From the NCBI GenBank assembly GCA_030390025.1, contig CM059432.1:152150001-152214000 (forward strand): a stretch of DNA of 64,000 nucleotides. The letters are read 5' to 3'. Below the pieces are notes generated by a model, which saw only the letters and a program-made list of their open reading frames with translations, ran no database searches and was not told the DNA's origin. This document shows, in pieces, positions 12,549-24,984 of the stretch (its first letter is position 1; each line of letters begins with the position of its first letter). This stretch comes from Squalus acanthias (taxonomy: Eukaryota). Made by a program: the position numbers and the translations under genes.

Positions 12549-12656
12549 TCAAAGGATGATGCAGCATCTGCAGAGCCGTTGTCCGCTGCCACCCACTGAT
12601 GGTGGAGGGGTAACTGGGGCGAAGTAAGCATGAACCTTAATGTCTGGTAGATGGGC
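12549..12656 (-). CDS. FBXL2: FBXL2 (F-box/LRR-repeat protein 2), last coding exon
   Basis: ctctttctAG|AHLPDIKVHAYFAPVTPPPSVGGSGQRLCRCCIIL*; phase 0, 108 nt, terminal CAAX. Confidence 0.93.
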   Translation of the reverse strand, partial: AHLPDIKVHAYFAPVTPPPSVGGSGQRLCRCCIIL

Positions 12657-12764
12657 CTAGAAAGAGTGAAGAGAGAGCAAAACATTTTCAGTGTTTCCAA
12701 CAATTTGTTTCTCCATTACAAAAGTTTAAGTTTGCAGGCATGATCAGAAATTCCAACCTTTGAT

Positions 12765-13388
12765 TTGTTTAAATGTCTTTGCCATTTCCTTATACCCCAT
12801 TATAATTTCTCCTGTCTCTGCCTCTAAGGGACTCACGTTTACTTTCACTAATCTTTTTACATACTTGTAAAAGCTCTTACAATCTGTTTTTATATTTCTT
12901 CCTAGTTTACTCTCATTCTATTTTCTCCCTCTATCAATTTCTTGGTCATCCTTTGCTGAGTTTTAAAACTTTCCCAATCCTCAGGCTTACTACTCTTTGG
13001 CAACATTCTTTTAATCTCATACTATCCTTAACTGCTTTAGTTAGCCATTTCCAGTGGAGTTTTTATTCCTCAAGGGAGTGTATATTTATTGAGAATTATG
13101 AATTATTTCTTTAAATGTTTCCCATTGCTTGTCTACCATCATATCCTTTAATTCATTTCCCAATCTATCTCAGCCAACTCGCCCCTCATACCTCCGTAAT
13201 TGGCTACGTAAAAATTTAAGACCCTAGTTTCAGACTTACCACATCACTCTCAAACTTAACATGAATTTCTATCATATTATAATCACTTTTCCCCAGAGGA
13301 TCATTTACTATAAGATTACTAATTAACCCTGTCTCACTACACAATACTAGATCTAAAATAGCCTGTTCCCTGGTAGGTTCCTTGACAT
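12765..13388 (-). mobile_element. CR1 ORF2 fragment (end of endonuclease and tether region)
   Basis: Reverse complement encodes YVKEPTREQAILDLV and the downstream tether sequence. Confidence 0.8.
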
Positions 13389-16300
13389 ATGAATATTCAA
13401 GGGTACAAGGTGTTCAGAAAAGATAGGGAAGGAAAAAAAGGTGGGGTGGCAGTGCTGATTAAGGAAGACATTGTAGTGTTGGAAAGGGAGAATGTTCTTG
13501 AGGGGACAAGGACAGAATCCATTTGGTTAGAGTTGAGGAGCAAAAAGGGTATGATCATACTATTGGGGGTATTCTATAGGCCTCCAAATAGTGAGAGGGA
13601 GGTAGAGGAGCAAATCTGCAGGGAAATCGCAGAGATATGCAAGAGCTATAGAGTGGTGATATTGGGGGACTTTAATTACCCAAATATCGATTGGGATAAT
13701 GCTAGGGTAAAGGGAAAGGAGGGGGAGGAATTTCTGAACTGTGTTCAGGAGAATTTCCTTGACCAATATATTCTTGGCCCAACTAGGACGGAGGCATTGC
13801 TGGATCTGGTGCTGTGGAATGAGGTGGGCCAGGTCGACCAAGTGTCTGTGGGAGACCACTTGGGTACGAGTGATCATCGTATCATAAGATTTAGATTATC
13901 AATGGAGAGGAGCAAGGAACAATCTAGAGTGGAACTTCTAAACTGGAATAGGGCTAACTTCAATGGGATGCGAAAGGATCTAGCCAGGGTAAAATGGAAC
14001 CAAAGACTGACAGGAAAAACTATAACGGAACAATGGGTTAACTTTAATGAGGAGATGTTCCAAGTACAGGCTAGGTACATTCCAACAACAGGGAAGGGAA
14101 AGGTAACCAAAGCAAGGGCTCCTTGGATGACGAGGGAGATAGAGAAGATGATGAAACAAAAAAAGAGGGTGTATGATGCATGTCAGGTGAATTCTTCAAG
14201 GGAGAACCAGACCAAATACAATAAGTTGAGAGGGGAAGTGAAGATGAAAATAAGATTGGCTAAGAGAGAATATGAGAGTAGAATGGCGGTTAACATAAAA
14301 GGGAACCCAAAAATCTTCTACCGGCATGTAAACAGTAAGTGGGTAGTAAGAGGCGGGGTGGGACCTATTAGAGACAAAGGTGATGATATATGCTTAGAGA
14401 CGCAGGGCAATGCTAGAAAACTCAACGAGTACTTTGTATTGTTTACTGCGGCTGGAGTCACTGTGGAGCATCCGCAAGGCTGAGATCTTCATCGATAGCA
14501 CGTTTAACGAGGTGGTCACACCGCAGGTAAAGAGTGCACAGGCAGAAAGGGAATGGGTGACCACCAGAGTAAAAGAACTAGGAAGGTAGTGCAGGAGTCC
14601 CCTGGGTCCATCTCCCTCTCCAACAGATTTTCCGTTTTAGATACTGCTGGGGGAGACGGTTTCTCAGGGGAATGCAGCAAGAGCCAAGTCCGTGGCACTA
14701 CGAGTGGCTCAGCTGCACAGGAGGGGAGGAAAAAGAGTGGGAGAGCAATAGTGATAGGGGATTCTATCGTAAGGGGAACAGATAGACGTTTCTGTGGCCG
14801 CGGACATGACTCCAGGATGGTACGTTGCCTCCCTGGTGCCAGGGTCAAGGATGTCACTGAGCGGCTGCAGGACATTCTGAAGGGGGAGGGTGAACAGCCA
14901 GAGGTCGTGGTCCATATCGGTACCAACGACATAGGTAGAAAGAGGGACGAGGTCCTGCAAGCAGAATATAGGGAGCTAGGAAATAAATTAAAAAGCAGGA
15001 CCTCAAAAGGTAGTAATCTCAGGATTACTCCCAGTGCCACGTACTAGCGAGAGCAGAAATAGAATAGACCAGATGAATGCGTGGCTGGAGAGATGGTGTA
15101 GGAGGGAGGGATTTAAATTCCTCAGGCATTGGACCGATTCTGGGACCTGTACAAGCTGGATGGGTTACACCTCGGCAGAACCGGGACCAATATCCTCGCA
15201 GGGGGGTTTGCTAGTGCTGTTGGGAAGGATTTAAACTAGTTTGTCAGGGGGCTGGGAACCTAAGTGTGGGCCCAGAACAGAGAGAAGCAAAGTTGGAAGT
15301 GCAAGTTAGAAAAGTAGTCAGCAAAACTAGTAGGGAGCAGAAACAAACGCCAACAGTAAAGAGGGTCAAAGTGCAGAAAAATATTAAACAGGCAAAGTTG
15401 AAGGCACTTTATCTAAATGCACGTAGCATTCGCAATAAGGTGGATGAATTAATGGCACTAATAGAAGTAAATGGGTATGATGCAATTGCCATTACAGAGA
15501 CATGGTTGCAGGGTAACCAAAGCTGGGAACTGAATGTTCCAGGGTACTCAACATTTAGGAAAGACAGACAAAAAGGAAAAGGAGGTGGCGTAGCGCTGTT
15601 AATAAGGGATGAGATCGGTACGGTAGAGATAAAAGATCTTGGCTTGGCAGATCGTGATGTAGAACTGGAATCAGTTTGGGTAGAGCTAAGAAACAGCAAA
15701 GGGCAGAAAACATTGGTGGGAGTTGTGTATAGGCCACCAAACAGTAGTGGTAATGTAGGGCACAGTATCAATCAAGAGATTAGAAGTGCATGTAACAAGG
15801 GCAATATGGTAATCATGGGGGACTTTAATCTACATATTGACTGGGTAAATCAAATTACCACTAATGGTGTGGAGGACGACTTCTTGGAATGCATGCGAGA
15901 TGGTTTCCTGGATTAGTATGTGGAGGAACCAACCAGGGAACAGGCTATTCTGGATCTGGTACTGTGTAATGAGAAAGGACTAATCAATAATCTTGTGGTA
16001 AAGGGGCCTTTAGGGACAAGTGACCATAATATGATTGAATTTTACATTAAGTTTGAGAGTGATGTAGTCCAATCTGAAACTAAGGTCTTCAATCTAAACA
16101 GAGGAAACTACAAGGGTATGAGGGACAAGTTGGCCATGGTAGATTGGAGACTACACTAAAAGGTATGAAGGTGGACATATAATGGCTAACATTCAAGGAA
16201 ATAATGCATAATTTGCAACAAACATATATTCCTCTAGGGCATTAAAAACCCAAAAGAAAAAGTGATCCAACCATGGCTAACAAAAGAAATTAAAGTTAGT

Positions 16301-19300
16301 ATTAAGTCAAAGGAGGAAGCTAATAAAGTTGCTAGAAAAAGCGGTCAGCCTGAGGATTGGGATCTTTTTAGAAATCAGCAAAGGGGGACCAAAAAATTGA
16401 TAAAGGGAAAATGAATGAGAGCACAAACTAGCGAAAAATATAAAAACGGATTGTAAAAGATTCTATAGGTATGTTAAAAGGAAGAGACTGGCGAAGGTAA
16501 ATGTAGGTCCTTTACAGTCAGAGACAGGAGAATTTGTAATGGGGAATGAGGAAATGGAAGAGAAATTAAATAAATACTTTGTTTCCGTCTTCACAGAGGA
16601 AGACACAAAAAACCTCCCGAAATACGAGAAAACCAAGGGTGTGGCGAGAATGAGGAACTGAAAGAAATTATTAGTAAAAAAACAGTACTAGCAAAATTAA
16701 TGGGACTAAAAGTCGATAAATCCCAAGGACCGGATGACCTGCATCCTAGGGTTTTGAAAGAGGTGGCCATTGGGATAGTGGACGCATTGGTTGTCATCTT
16801 CCAAAATTCTACAGATTCTGGAACGGTTCCTGCAGATTGGAGGATAGCAAATGTAACCCCGCTATTTAAGAAAGGAGGGAGAGAGAAAACGGGCAACTAC
16901 AGACCTGTTAGCCTCATCAGTAGTTGGGAAAATGCTGGAATCTATTATAAAGGACGCAATAACGGGGCACTTAGAAACTAAAAGTAAGATTGGGCAGAGT
17001 CAACATTGATTTATGAAAGGGAAATCCTGTTTGACAAACCTATTGGAATTCTTTGAGGATGTAACTAGTGGAGTAGACAAAGGGGAACCGGTAGATGTGG
17101 TGTATTTGGATTTTCAGAAGGCCTTCGATAAGGTCCCACACAAGAGGGTGGTGAACAAAATTAGGGCACATGGAATTGGGGGTAATATACTAGCATGGAT
17201 TGAGAATTGGTTAACAGACAGAAAACAAAGAGTAGGGATAAACGGGTCTTTTTCAGGATGGCAGGCTGTGACTAGTGGGGTACCGCAAGGATCGGTGCTT
17301 GGGCCCCAACTATTCACAATCTATATCAATGATTTGGATGAGGGGACTAAATGTAACATTTCCAAATTTGCTGATGATACAAAGCTAGGTGGCAGTGTCA
17401 GTTGCGAAGAGGATGTGAAGAAGCTTCAAGGGGATCTCGACAGGCTCAGTGAGTGGGCGAGAATATGGCAGAAGGATTATAATGTGGATAAATGTGAAGT
17501 TATCCACTTTGGTAGAAAAAAACCCAGAAAGGCAGAGTATTTCCTAAATGGTGAAAGATTGGGGAATGCAGATGCTCAAAGGGATCTGGTGTCCTTGTAC
17601 ATGAGTCACAAAGTGAATGTGCAGGTGCAGCAAGCCATTAGGAAGGCAAATGGTATGCTGGTCTTCATTACTACAAGAGGATTTGAGTACAGGAGTAAAG
17701 AAGTCTCACTCCAATTATATAGGGCCTTGGTGAGACCACACCTGGAGTACTGTGTACAATTTTGGTCTCCTTACCTAAGGAAGGATATACTTGCCATAGA
17801 GGGAGTACAACGAAGGTTCACGAGATTGATTCCTGGGATGGCAGGACTGTCGTATGAGAAGAGATTGAGTAAACTAGGCCTGTATTCTCTTGAACTCAGA
17901 AGAATGAAAGGGGATCTCATTGAAGCATACAAAATTATTAGAGAGCTTGATAGGGTGGATGCTGGGAGAATGTTTCCCTTGGCTGGGGAGTCTAGAACCA
18001 GGGGCCACAGCCTCAGGATAAAGGGTAGGCCATTCAGGACTGAAATGAGAAGACATTTCTTCACACAGAGGGTGGTGAATCTTTGGAATTCTCCACCCCA
18101 GAGGGCTGTGGAGGCTTAGTCATTGGGTATATTCAAAACAGAAGTCGATAGATTTCTGACTAGTAAGGGCATCAAGGGATATGGCGATAAGGCTGGTGAA
18201 TGGAATTGAGGCAGAAGATCAGCCATGATTTCATTGAATGGCGGAGCAGGCTCGAAGGGCCAAATGGCCTACTCCTGCTCCTATTTCTTATGTTCTTAAG
18301 AGGTGGATGCTGACAAAATATCGGTAGAAGTTGAAAAGGTAGAAGCAATGGAAGGGGTGAAAATTGATAGACAGGATGTACTAGAAAGGCTGGGTATGCT
18401 TAGAGTGGAGAAGTCGCCTGGTCCAGATGGCTTGCATCCCAGGTTGCTAAGGGAATTGGGGGAGGAGATAGCAGAGGGGTTTGCCATAATTTTCCAATCT
18501 TCCCTAGATGCGGGGGAGGTGCCCAAAGATTGGAAAGTGGCAAATGTGACACCATTGCTCAAGAAAGGGTGTAAGGACAATCCTAGTAACTACAGGCCAG
18601 TCAGTTTAACATCAGTGGTGGGTAAAGTTTTAGAAACAATAATCAAGGAAAAAATTAACAGGCACTTGGAGAGGTTTAAGCTAATTAAGGAGAGCCAACG
18701 CGGATTTGTAAAAGGCAGATCGTGTTTGACTAATCGAATTGAATTTTTTGATTAAGTAACAGAGAGGGTTGATGAAGGGAATGCAATGGATGTTGTCTAC
18801 ATGGATTTTTGGAAGGCGTGTGACAAAGTACCACATAGAAGGCTGGTTAACAAAATTGAGGCTCATTGTATAGGTGGGTCAGTGGCAGCCTGGATAAGGA
18901 ATTGGCTTAAGGACAGAAAACAGCGAGTTGTTGTAAATGGCTGTTTTTCAGACTGGAGGATGGTAGACATTGGTGTTCCTCAAGGGTCAGTGCTGGGGCC
19001 ACTGCTTTTTTTGATATATAAATGACCTGGATATTAGAATACAGAGTAGAATTTCTAAATTTGCCAATGACTCCAAACTTGGTGGTGTGGCAAACAGTGA
19101 TGATGATACCAATCGACTGCAACAGGACATAGAAAGGTTAGCAGAATGGGCAGACAAGTGGCAGATTGAATTTAATAGAGAGAACTGTGAGGTGATGTAT
19201 TTTGGCAGAAGGAACAGGGAGAGGCAATATACACTTAAAGGCACAGTTTTAAAGAGTGTGCAGGGACAGCGGGACCTGGGAGTTAATGTGCATAGGTCCT

Positions 19301-19940
19301 TGAAGGTGACGGGACATATTGAGAGAGTGGTTAACAAAGCATATGGGATCTTGGGCTTCATAAATAGAAGTATTGAGTACAAAAGTAGAGAAGTTATGCT
19401 GAACCTTTATAAAGCGCTGGCTAGGGCACAACTGGAGTATTGCGTCCAGTTCTGGTCACCACACTTTAGGAAGGATGTGAAGGCCCTTGAGAGGGTGCAG
19501 AGGAGATTTACCAGAACGGTTCCGGGGATGGGGGATCTTAGCTACAAGGACAGATTGGAGAAGCTGGATTTGTTTTCATTAGAGCAAAGGAGGTTGAGGG
19601 GTGATTTGAGAGAGGTGTACCAGATTATGACGGGTTTGGATAGGCTAGATGGGGAAAGTCTGTTCCCACTAGTTGATGATACAAGGACTAGGGGACACAG
19701 ATTTAAGGTTTTGGGCAAGAGATACAGGGGGATGTGAGGAAAAACATTTTTACGCAGCGAGTGGTGAGGACCTGGAACTCGCTGCCGATGGAAGTGGTGG
19801 AAGCGGAGACTGGATAGGCACTTGAAGGAAATAAACTTGCAGGGCTACGGGGATAGAGCGGGGGGAATGGGACTGACTGGATTGCTGTACAGAGAGCTGG
19901 CATGGACTCGATGGGCCGAATGGCCTCCTTCTGTGCCGTT
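13389..19940 (+). mobile_element. CR1 LINE (endonuclease to 3' end), split by a nested CR1 at 14448-18296
   Basis: APE ORF at 13389-14447 (GVFYRPPN, GDFNYP, SDH). The sequence resumes at ~18297 with the RT and ends in a tail near 19940. Confidence 0.88.
14448..18296 (+). mobile_element. Nested, nearly full-length CR1 (truncated esterase ORF1 and disrupted APE-RT ORF2)
   Basis: ORF1 motifs GDSIVRG and GTND; ORF2 motifs LYLNARS and FADD; TTCTTATG tail at ~18285-18296. Confidence 0.9.
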
Positions 19941-20662
19941 AGGTGGGGTAGAGGAACAAAGGGATCTGGGAGTACAAATACACAAATCACTGAAAGTTGC
20001 GACAGGTTAGCAAGGCCATAAAAAAAGCAAACCAAGCACTAGGGTTTATTTCTAGAGGGATAGAATTGAAAAGTAGGGAAGTTATGCTAAACCTGTATCG
20101 AACCTTGGTTAGACCACACTTGGAGTACTGCGTACAGTTCTGGTCGCCATATTATAAAAAGGATATAGAGGCACTGGAGAGGGTGCAGAGAAGATTTACA
20201 AGGATGATACCAGAAATGCAAGGGCATACATATCAGGAAAGGATGAACAGACTGGGTCTCTTTTCTCTTGAAAAAAAAAGGCTGAGGGGTGACCTAATAG
20301 AGGTCTTTAAAATATTGAAAGGTTTTGATAGAGTGGATACAGAGAGAATGTTTCCACTTGTGGGGAAGAGCATCAATATAAGATGCTCACCAAGAAATCC
20401 AATAGGGAATTCAGAAGAAACTTCTTTACCCAGAGAGTGGTGAGAATGTGGAACTCGCTACCACATGGAGTGGTTGAAGCGAATAGTATAGATACATTTA
20501 AGGGAAGGCTAGACAAGCATATGAGGGAGAAAGGAATAGAGAGTTATGCTGATAGATTTAGATGAGAAAGGACGGAAGCAGGATCGAGTGGAGCATAAAC
20601 GCCGCCATGGACTGGTTGGGCCGAATAACCTGTTTCTGTTCCGTATATCCTATGTAATCCTA
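19941..20662 (+). mobile_element. CR1 3' fragment
   Basis: RPHLEYCVQFWSP ORF at 19997-20443; short repeat tail atcctatgtaatcct. Confidence 0.85.
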
Positions 20663-20694
20663 CTTTTTCTAAAAGTCAAGTACCCTTTTTAAAA

Positions 20695-20875
20695 AATCAT
20701 ACATGGATGTGGACGTCGCTGGCAAGACCAGCATTTATTGCGCATCCATAATTGCCCTCAAGGTGGTGGTGGTGAGCCGCCTTCTTGAATCGCTGGAGTC
20801 TATGTGGTGAAGGTACTCCCACAATGCTGTTAGGATTTTGACCCAGCGACGATGAAGGAACAGCAATATATTCCC
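20695..20875 (-). mobile_element. 3' tail of the CR1/L2-group LINE family also present at 31930-40243
   Basis: Reverse complement resembles 40050-40230 (gcggctcaccaccacc...gggcaat...aataaatgctgg). Confidence 0.7.
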
Positions 20876-21715
20876 TGAAATATTTAGTTCCTACCCTTAG
20901 TCACCCTGCAACCACGTCACAGTACTGGCTACTAGATCAAACCCATTTATCTCTATTTGTGCCATTAGTTCATCTATCTTGTTACAAATGTTTCGTGCAT
21001 TCAGATACAGCGCCTTTAATTTTAACTTTTTACTATTTTTCCCTGATGTGGCCTTAGTCGCTAATGCCCTATTACCATTATTAAACTCTCTGTCCCTTCC
21101 TGACACAGGATTTTACCGAAATCGCTATTCTGCTCCACAGACTTTTATCTTCAGACTTATAAATTTACCCTTATCTGAACCTTCCCTCCTCCTGATTAGC
21201 TTAAAGCCCTATCTACCGCCCTAGTTATTCGAATCGCGTAGGGCACCGGTCCAGCCCGGTTCAACTGGAGTCTGTCCCGATGAAACAGCTCCATCTTTCC
21301 CCAGTACTGGTGCCATTGCCCCATGAATTGAAACCCGTGCCTCCCACACCACTCTTTGAGCCACGCATTTAAACCTCTAATCTGTTTGTCTCTATGCCAA
21401 TGTGCGCGTGGCTCAGGTAGTAATCCAGAGATTATTACCTTTGAGGTTTTGCTTTTTAATTTGTACCCTAGCTCCTCAATCTCTCACCAGAACCTCATTC
21501 CTAGTTCTACCTATGTGGTTGGTTCCTACTTAGACCACAGCAACTGGATCCTCTGCTCCTTCTCCAGCCACAAGATGTCCTTAACCCTGGCGCCAGGCAG
21601 GCAACACAGCCTTCAGGACTCCCGGTCACGGCTGCAGAGAACAGTATCTATCCCCTACCACTACCACATTTTTTATTGCTCCCCCACTTGAATGGCCTCC
21701 TGTACCACGGTGCCA
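20876..21715 (-). mobile_element. CR1 fragment (end of ORF1 and start of ORF2)
   Basis: The ORF at 20897-21106 has KALYLNARNICNKIDELMAQ; remnants of the esterase region follow. Confidence 0.8.
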
Positions 21716-22585
21716 ATTCACATTGTAGGAATCCAAAGCATCACCCTCCAGAAGACATTATAAGGTGCCAGAATCAAGAATCTGGCTGTGCATACAAACT
21801 TTTTAAATTACACAAGAGTTAGCAATGTATTGTAACATGCCAATGTAAAGAAAACAGAACAATTTTCACAGCAACAAGGAAAAATTTTGAATCTAGTGGT
21901 ATTTATTGAGTCTTTGAACCTATGTTTTGCACTATAATAAAATAATGCAGAAGGTCTCTGCACTCAAAAGGAAACTGGGCTTTTATGAGCTGTATAAGGA
22001 TTTATGAAGGAATTACAAATGGTTGACAAAAAAAAGTGCTGCCCATGTGGAAAAAAGTACAACAGTGCACAACACTGATGGAAAATTAAAGTGAAGATAA
22101 AGATTAATATGAAAGAACAAGCTCGGAAACAGTCAAGTAATACGCTGGTCATCTTTTCTTCTACTGTTGCCCTTACACATTTCCAGCATACTCTTTCTTG
22201 TAGCTTTTCTTTATCACATTTATATTTACTTTTCTTTCCATCTCATGAATCCTTGCTTGCTTTTGTACGTGCACTTTTTCTGCATCCTCTCAATTTCATG
22301 TGGCTTCTATAAAGCTCGTCATTTCTCAAGTGTGTGTCTGCTTACCTGAACAAATACTTTTTCTGTTGCATTGGTTTTCTCTCTACTTCACATGGTTTCC
22401 TCCAATTTTTTCTCCTTACCCTTCCTCCCTGAATACAGCGACTAACGTTGCGATTCCAACAGCCCTCTGCTCTGATATTTCATCAACTGGTCGCTTTTTA
22501 TATGTGAGCCAGGGTAGTGTGAATCCCGGGCTATTTGGCTACAGGAGTTCATCACATTCACACACAGCATTGTCTTTGCACATTG

Positions 22586-22903
22586 GGGGCGATTTTCAAA
22601 TGCTGACCACCTGTTTCTTGCCTGAAATACAAGCGGCAAGCAATTGAAAAATTAGGGGGAAGGGGGACCTGACGCCCAAAGCCTGCCTGATGCAATTTTC
22701 AGACAGGCCTGAAAATTAGCGACCATCCCGTCGCATAAAACCGACAGGAGGCTGTTTAAATATGCAAATTGGGGTCCTACGCTTGTTGTAGGACCCTGAC
22801 TTTAATTTTCAAGTATGAATGGGTGGAGCATGCGCTGTGCATGCTTCGCCCATTTGTACTAGGCATGGAGTGGCCTAACCAGTGGCTCCTCAGAAATTGA
22901 CCC
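22586..22903. repeat. Unclassified hairpin-containing, MITE-like interspersed repeat
   Basis: Inverted repeat ttttcaaatgc...gcaattgaaaa at 22592-22650; loosely complementary termini ggggcgattt / aaattgaccc. Confidence 0.35.
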
Positions 22904-23761
22904 ATAAAGCTTTTATTTTCAGGTTGTTTTTTTGGTAGGCGCATGAGTGATCCATGTTTAGCTACGTGATCCTTCTGAATAATGAATAAAGGTCATTACT
23001 CTACTGCCATCTCTTTTGGTTAGTCTCAGTATTGCACTTTTCTAGCAATGTAATCACTCGGAACGGTTCTTATTTGGGTATCGAGGCAAATATTTGTGCA
23101 CTATAGTAAAGATGTAAATTATTTTTATACAAGCGTTTACAATTTTGCTATAAATAGCTAACAGTGGAAATCTACCCCCGCAAATGTCTTAACTAAAAAG
23201 CAGGAGAATTGAAGTACGAACGAATAATTACCAGACCATGGCCTGATCACAATATGCGTAAAAACAGAAGGACAAAGCAAACCTACAGCATCTCAGAGGT
23301 TTTGGATTGTGCTGTAGAAATGTGGGTCACTGGATCACAGAAAGCAGACTTAAGAGAACACATACAGCATATGGGGTAAATTATTGGGATCAAAAGGAGC
23401 AATATACTCCTTATTTAGTTACAAAAAAACTTGGAAACCTTCATGGAATATTCTGTACTCTACACTTTTACCGATCTGTTTAAGGCACATTTTTCAAGAA
23501 AGTTGTGAATGTATTTAAAAACATTTTAACATGGGAATGCTCAATATTACAATTCCTTCAGAATCAGCTGAATCAGAATCACAGACATATGCCACAGCTC
23601 TTTAAAGCACATCCATTTCCATAGTGTTGACATAGTCTCTGCTTCAATCACTAACTCCAGTAGTGTATTCCACAGCCTCACAACCCTCTGTGCAAAACAG
23701 TTTCTCCTGTTCTCTATCCTAAACAGCTTACATCTATGTTCCCAATCACTGGAAAGAGTCT

Positions 23762-24397
23762 GGGATCGAGATTCTGCTAGTTAGATCAGTGCAATCCGGG
23801 TAGAATCAGCCGAACCAGCACAAACGATCGGGGAATTTTAAACAAGTTTCACCCAAAATCACATACGTTCATGTTTTCCGCGATCTTTTCCGCTGGTTCA
23901 AGATTCAATTTGCTCGAATCAGGTGCCGCCCACACCCCCAGGTTGAAATCACGAGATGGCGCTTGTTCAGGAAGGCTCTTCAAATTGCGCTCATTTTCTT
24001 AGGCGCACAGGCATGTATTTAAATATATTTTGATACAAAAAAAGTTTTATTTACTAAGAAACTGACTTGTATACACCAATGAAACTATTAAATGGTTCAG
24101 TATATTTTTTTAAATTTGTTTTCAGTGATTTTAATTCTGGTTACTCAGGTCGAGGATTCTTATTAAAAATCTTATTTTTGGTGATAATCCCATTTTCAGC
24201 TGCATTACTGCACCAGGTTACCACTCTTAAATACATCAAGTAATACTTCCTAATGGAAAGGAAAAAACCAATTACATTCTATTACGCTGCCCGACTACAC
24301 CGGTCGGTTCATGCAAGATTTTACGTTTGTGATTATGCAAATGAATTTTAGCAGGATAACCAGCGCAATTTCAAGCTCATTTTGGGCGCAATTTCCC
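23762..24397. repeat. Unclassified CpG-richer insertion splitting an old minus-strand CR1 remnant
   Basis: CR1-like sequence lies on both sides (23600-23760 and 24400-24460). A 5' hairpin tgctagtt...aaccagca is present. Confidence 0.35.
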
Positions 24398-24984
24398 GAT
24401 ACACCACATCTGTCACCTCCTCAAAGAACTCCAGCAGGTTTGTCAAGCATGATCTTCCTGAAATATGTGTTGGCCGCCTGGCCAGGTGACACTCCAGGAA
24501 GTTTTATTCAAATGAGGCCCACGGGTTTGCTGCCTGCTATCAGGCTCGTGCGCACCTTTCCCGTCCCCCCATAAAAATTAAGGCCAACGAGTTAAAACAT
24601 AATCACTGAAAATGTGTTTTGAAGTGCTGAAAAAAATGTAAATATCTCTTTCTTAGGCCTACATCTTCGAGCCTCCATATCTGTATTTCAGCAAAAGGCG
24701 CTGAAATTTAGTATAGAAATAGGTATTCTACATTTCTGGAAACGGAAAATCAAAAAAGTTGTTAAGTTGCAGAAAAGCCTCTCATCTTTGTTTTATGTCA
24801 GTCTCCCTACACTGCAATTATTAAAAATTAAGAATTCAGCATTTACAAAAATATGTACAGGCAAGTTTCCTTTTTACACTTTATGTAACTCTTAACCAGG
24901 ATTCCCTTTCACTTTCTCCCCTCTTTTTGTAATGGCCCTCCAGTGCCTCATCGATGGGTGACTTCAGAAAAGTAGAGAGTCATA

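Noticed and set aside
22340..22560. Minus-strand TATAAAAAG followed by donor-like sites, suggesting an internal promoter in the last FBXL2 intron
   Set aside because: Such short motifs are expected by chance, and no coding or other support was found.
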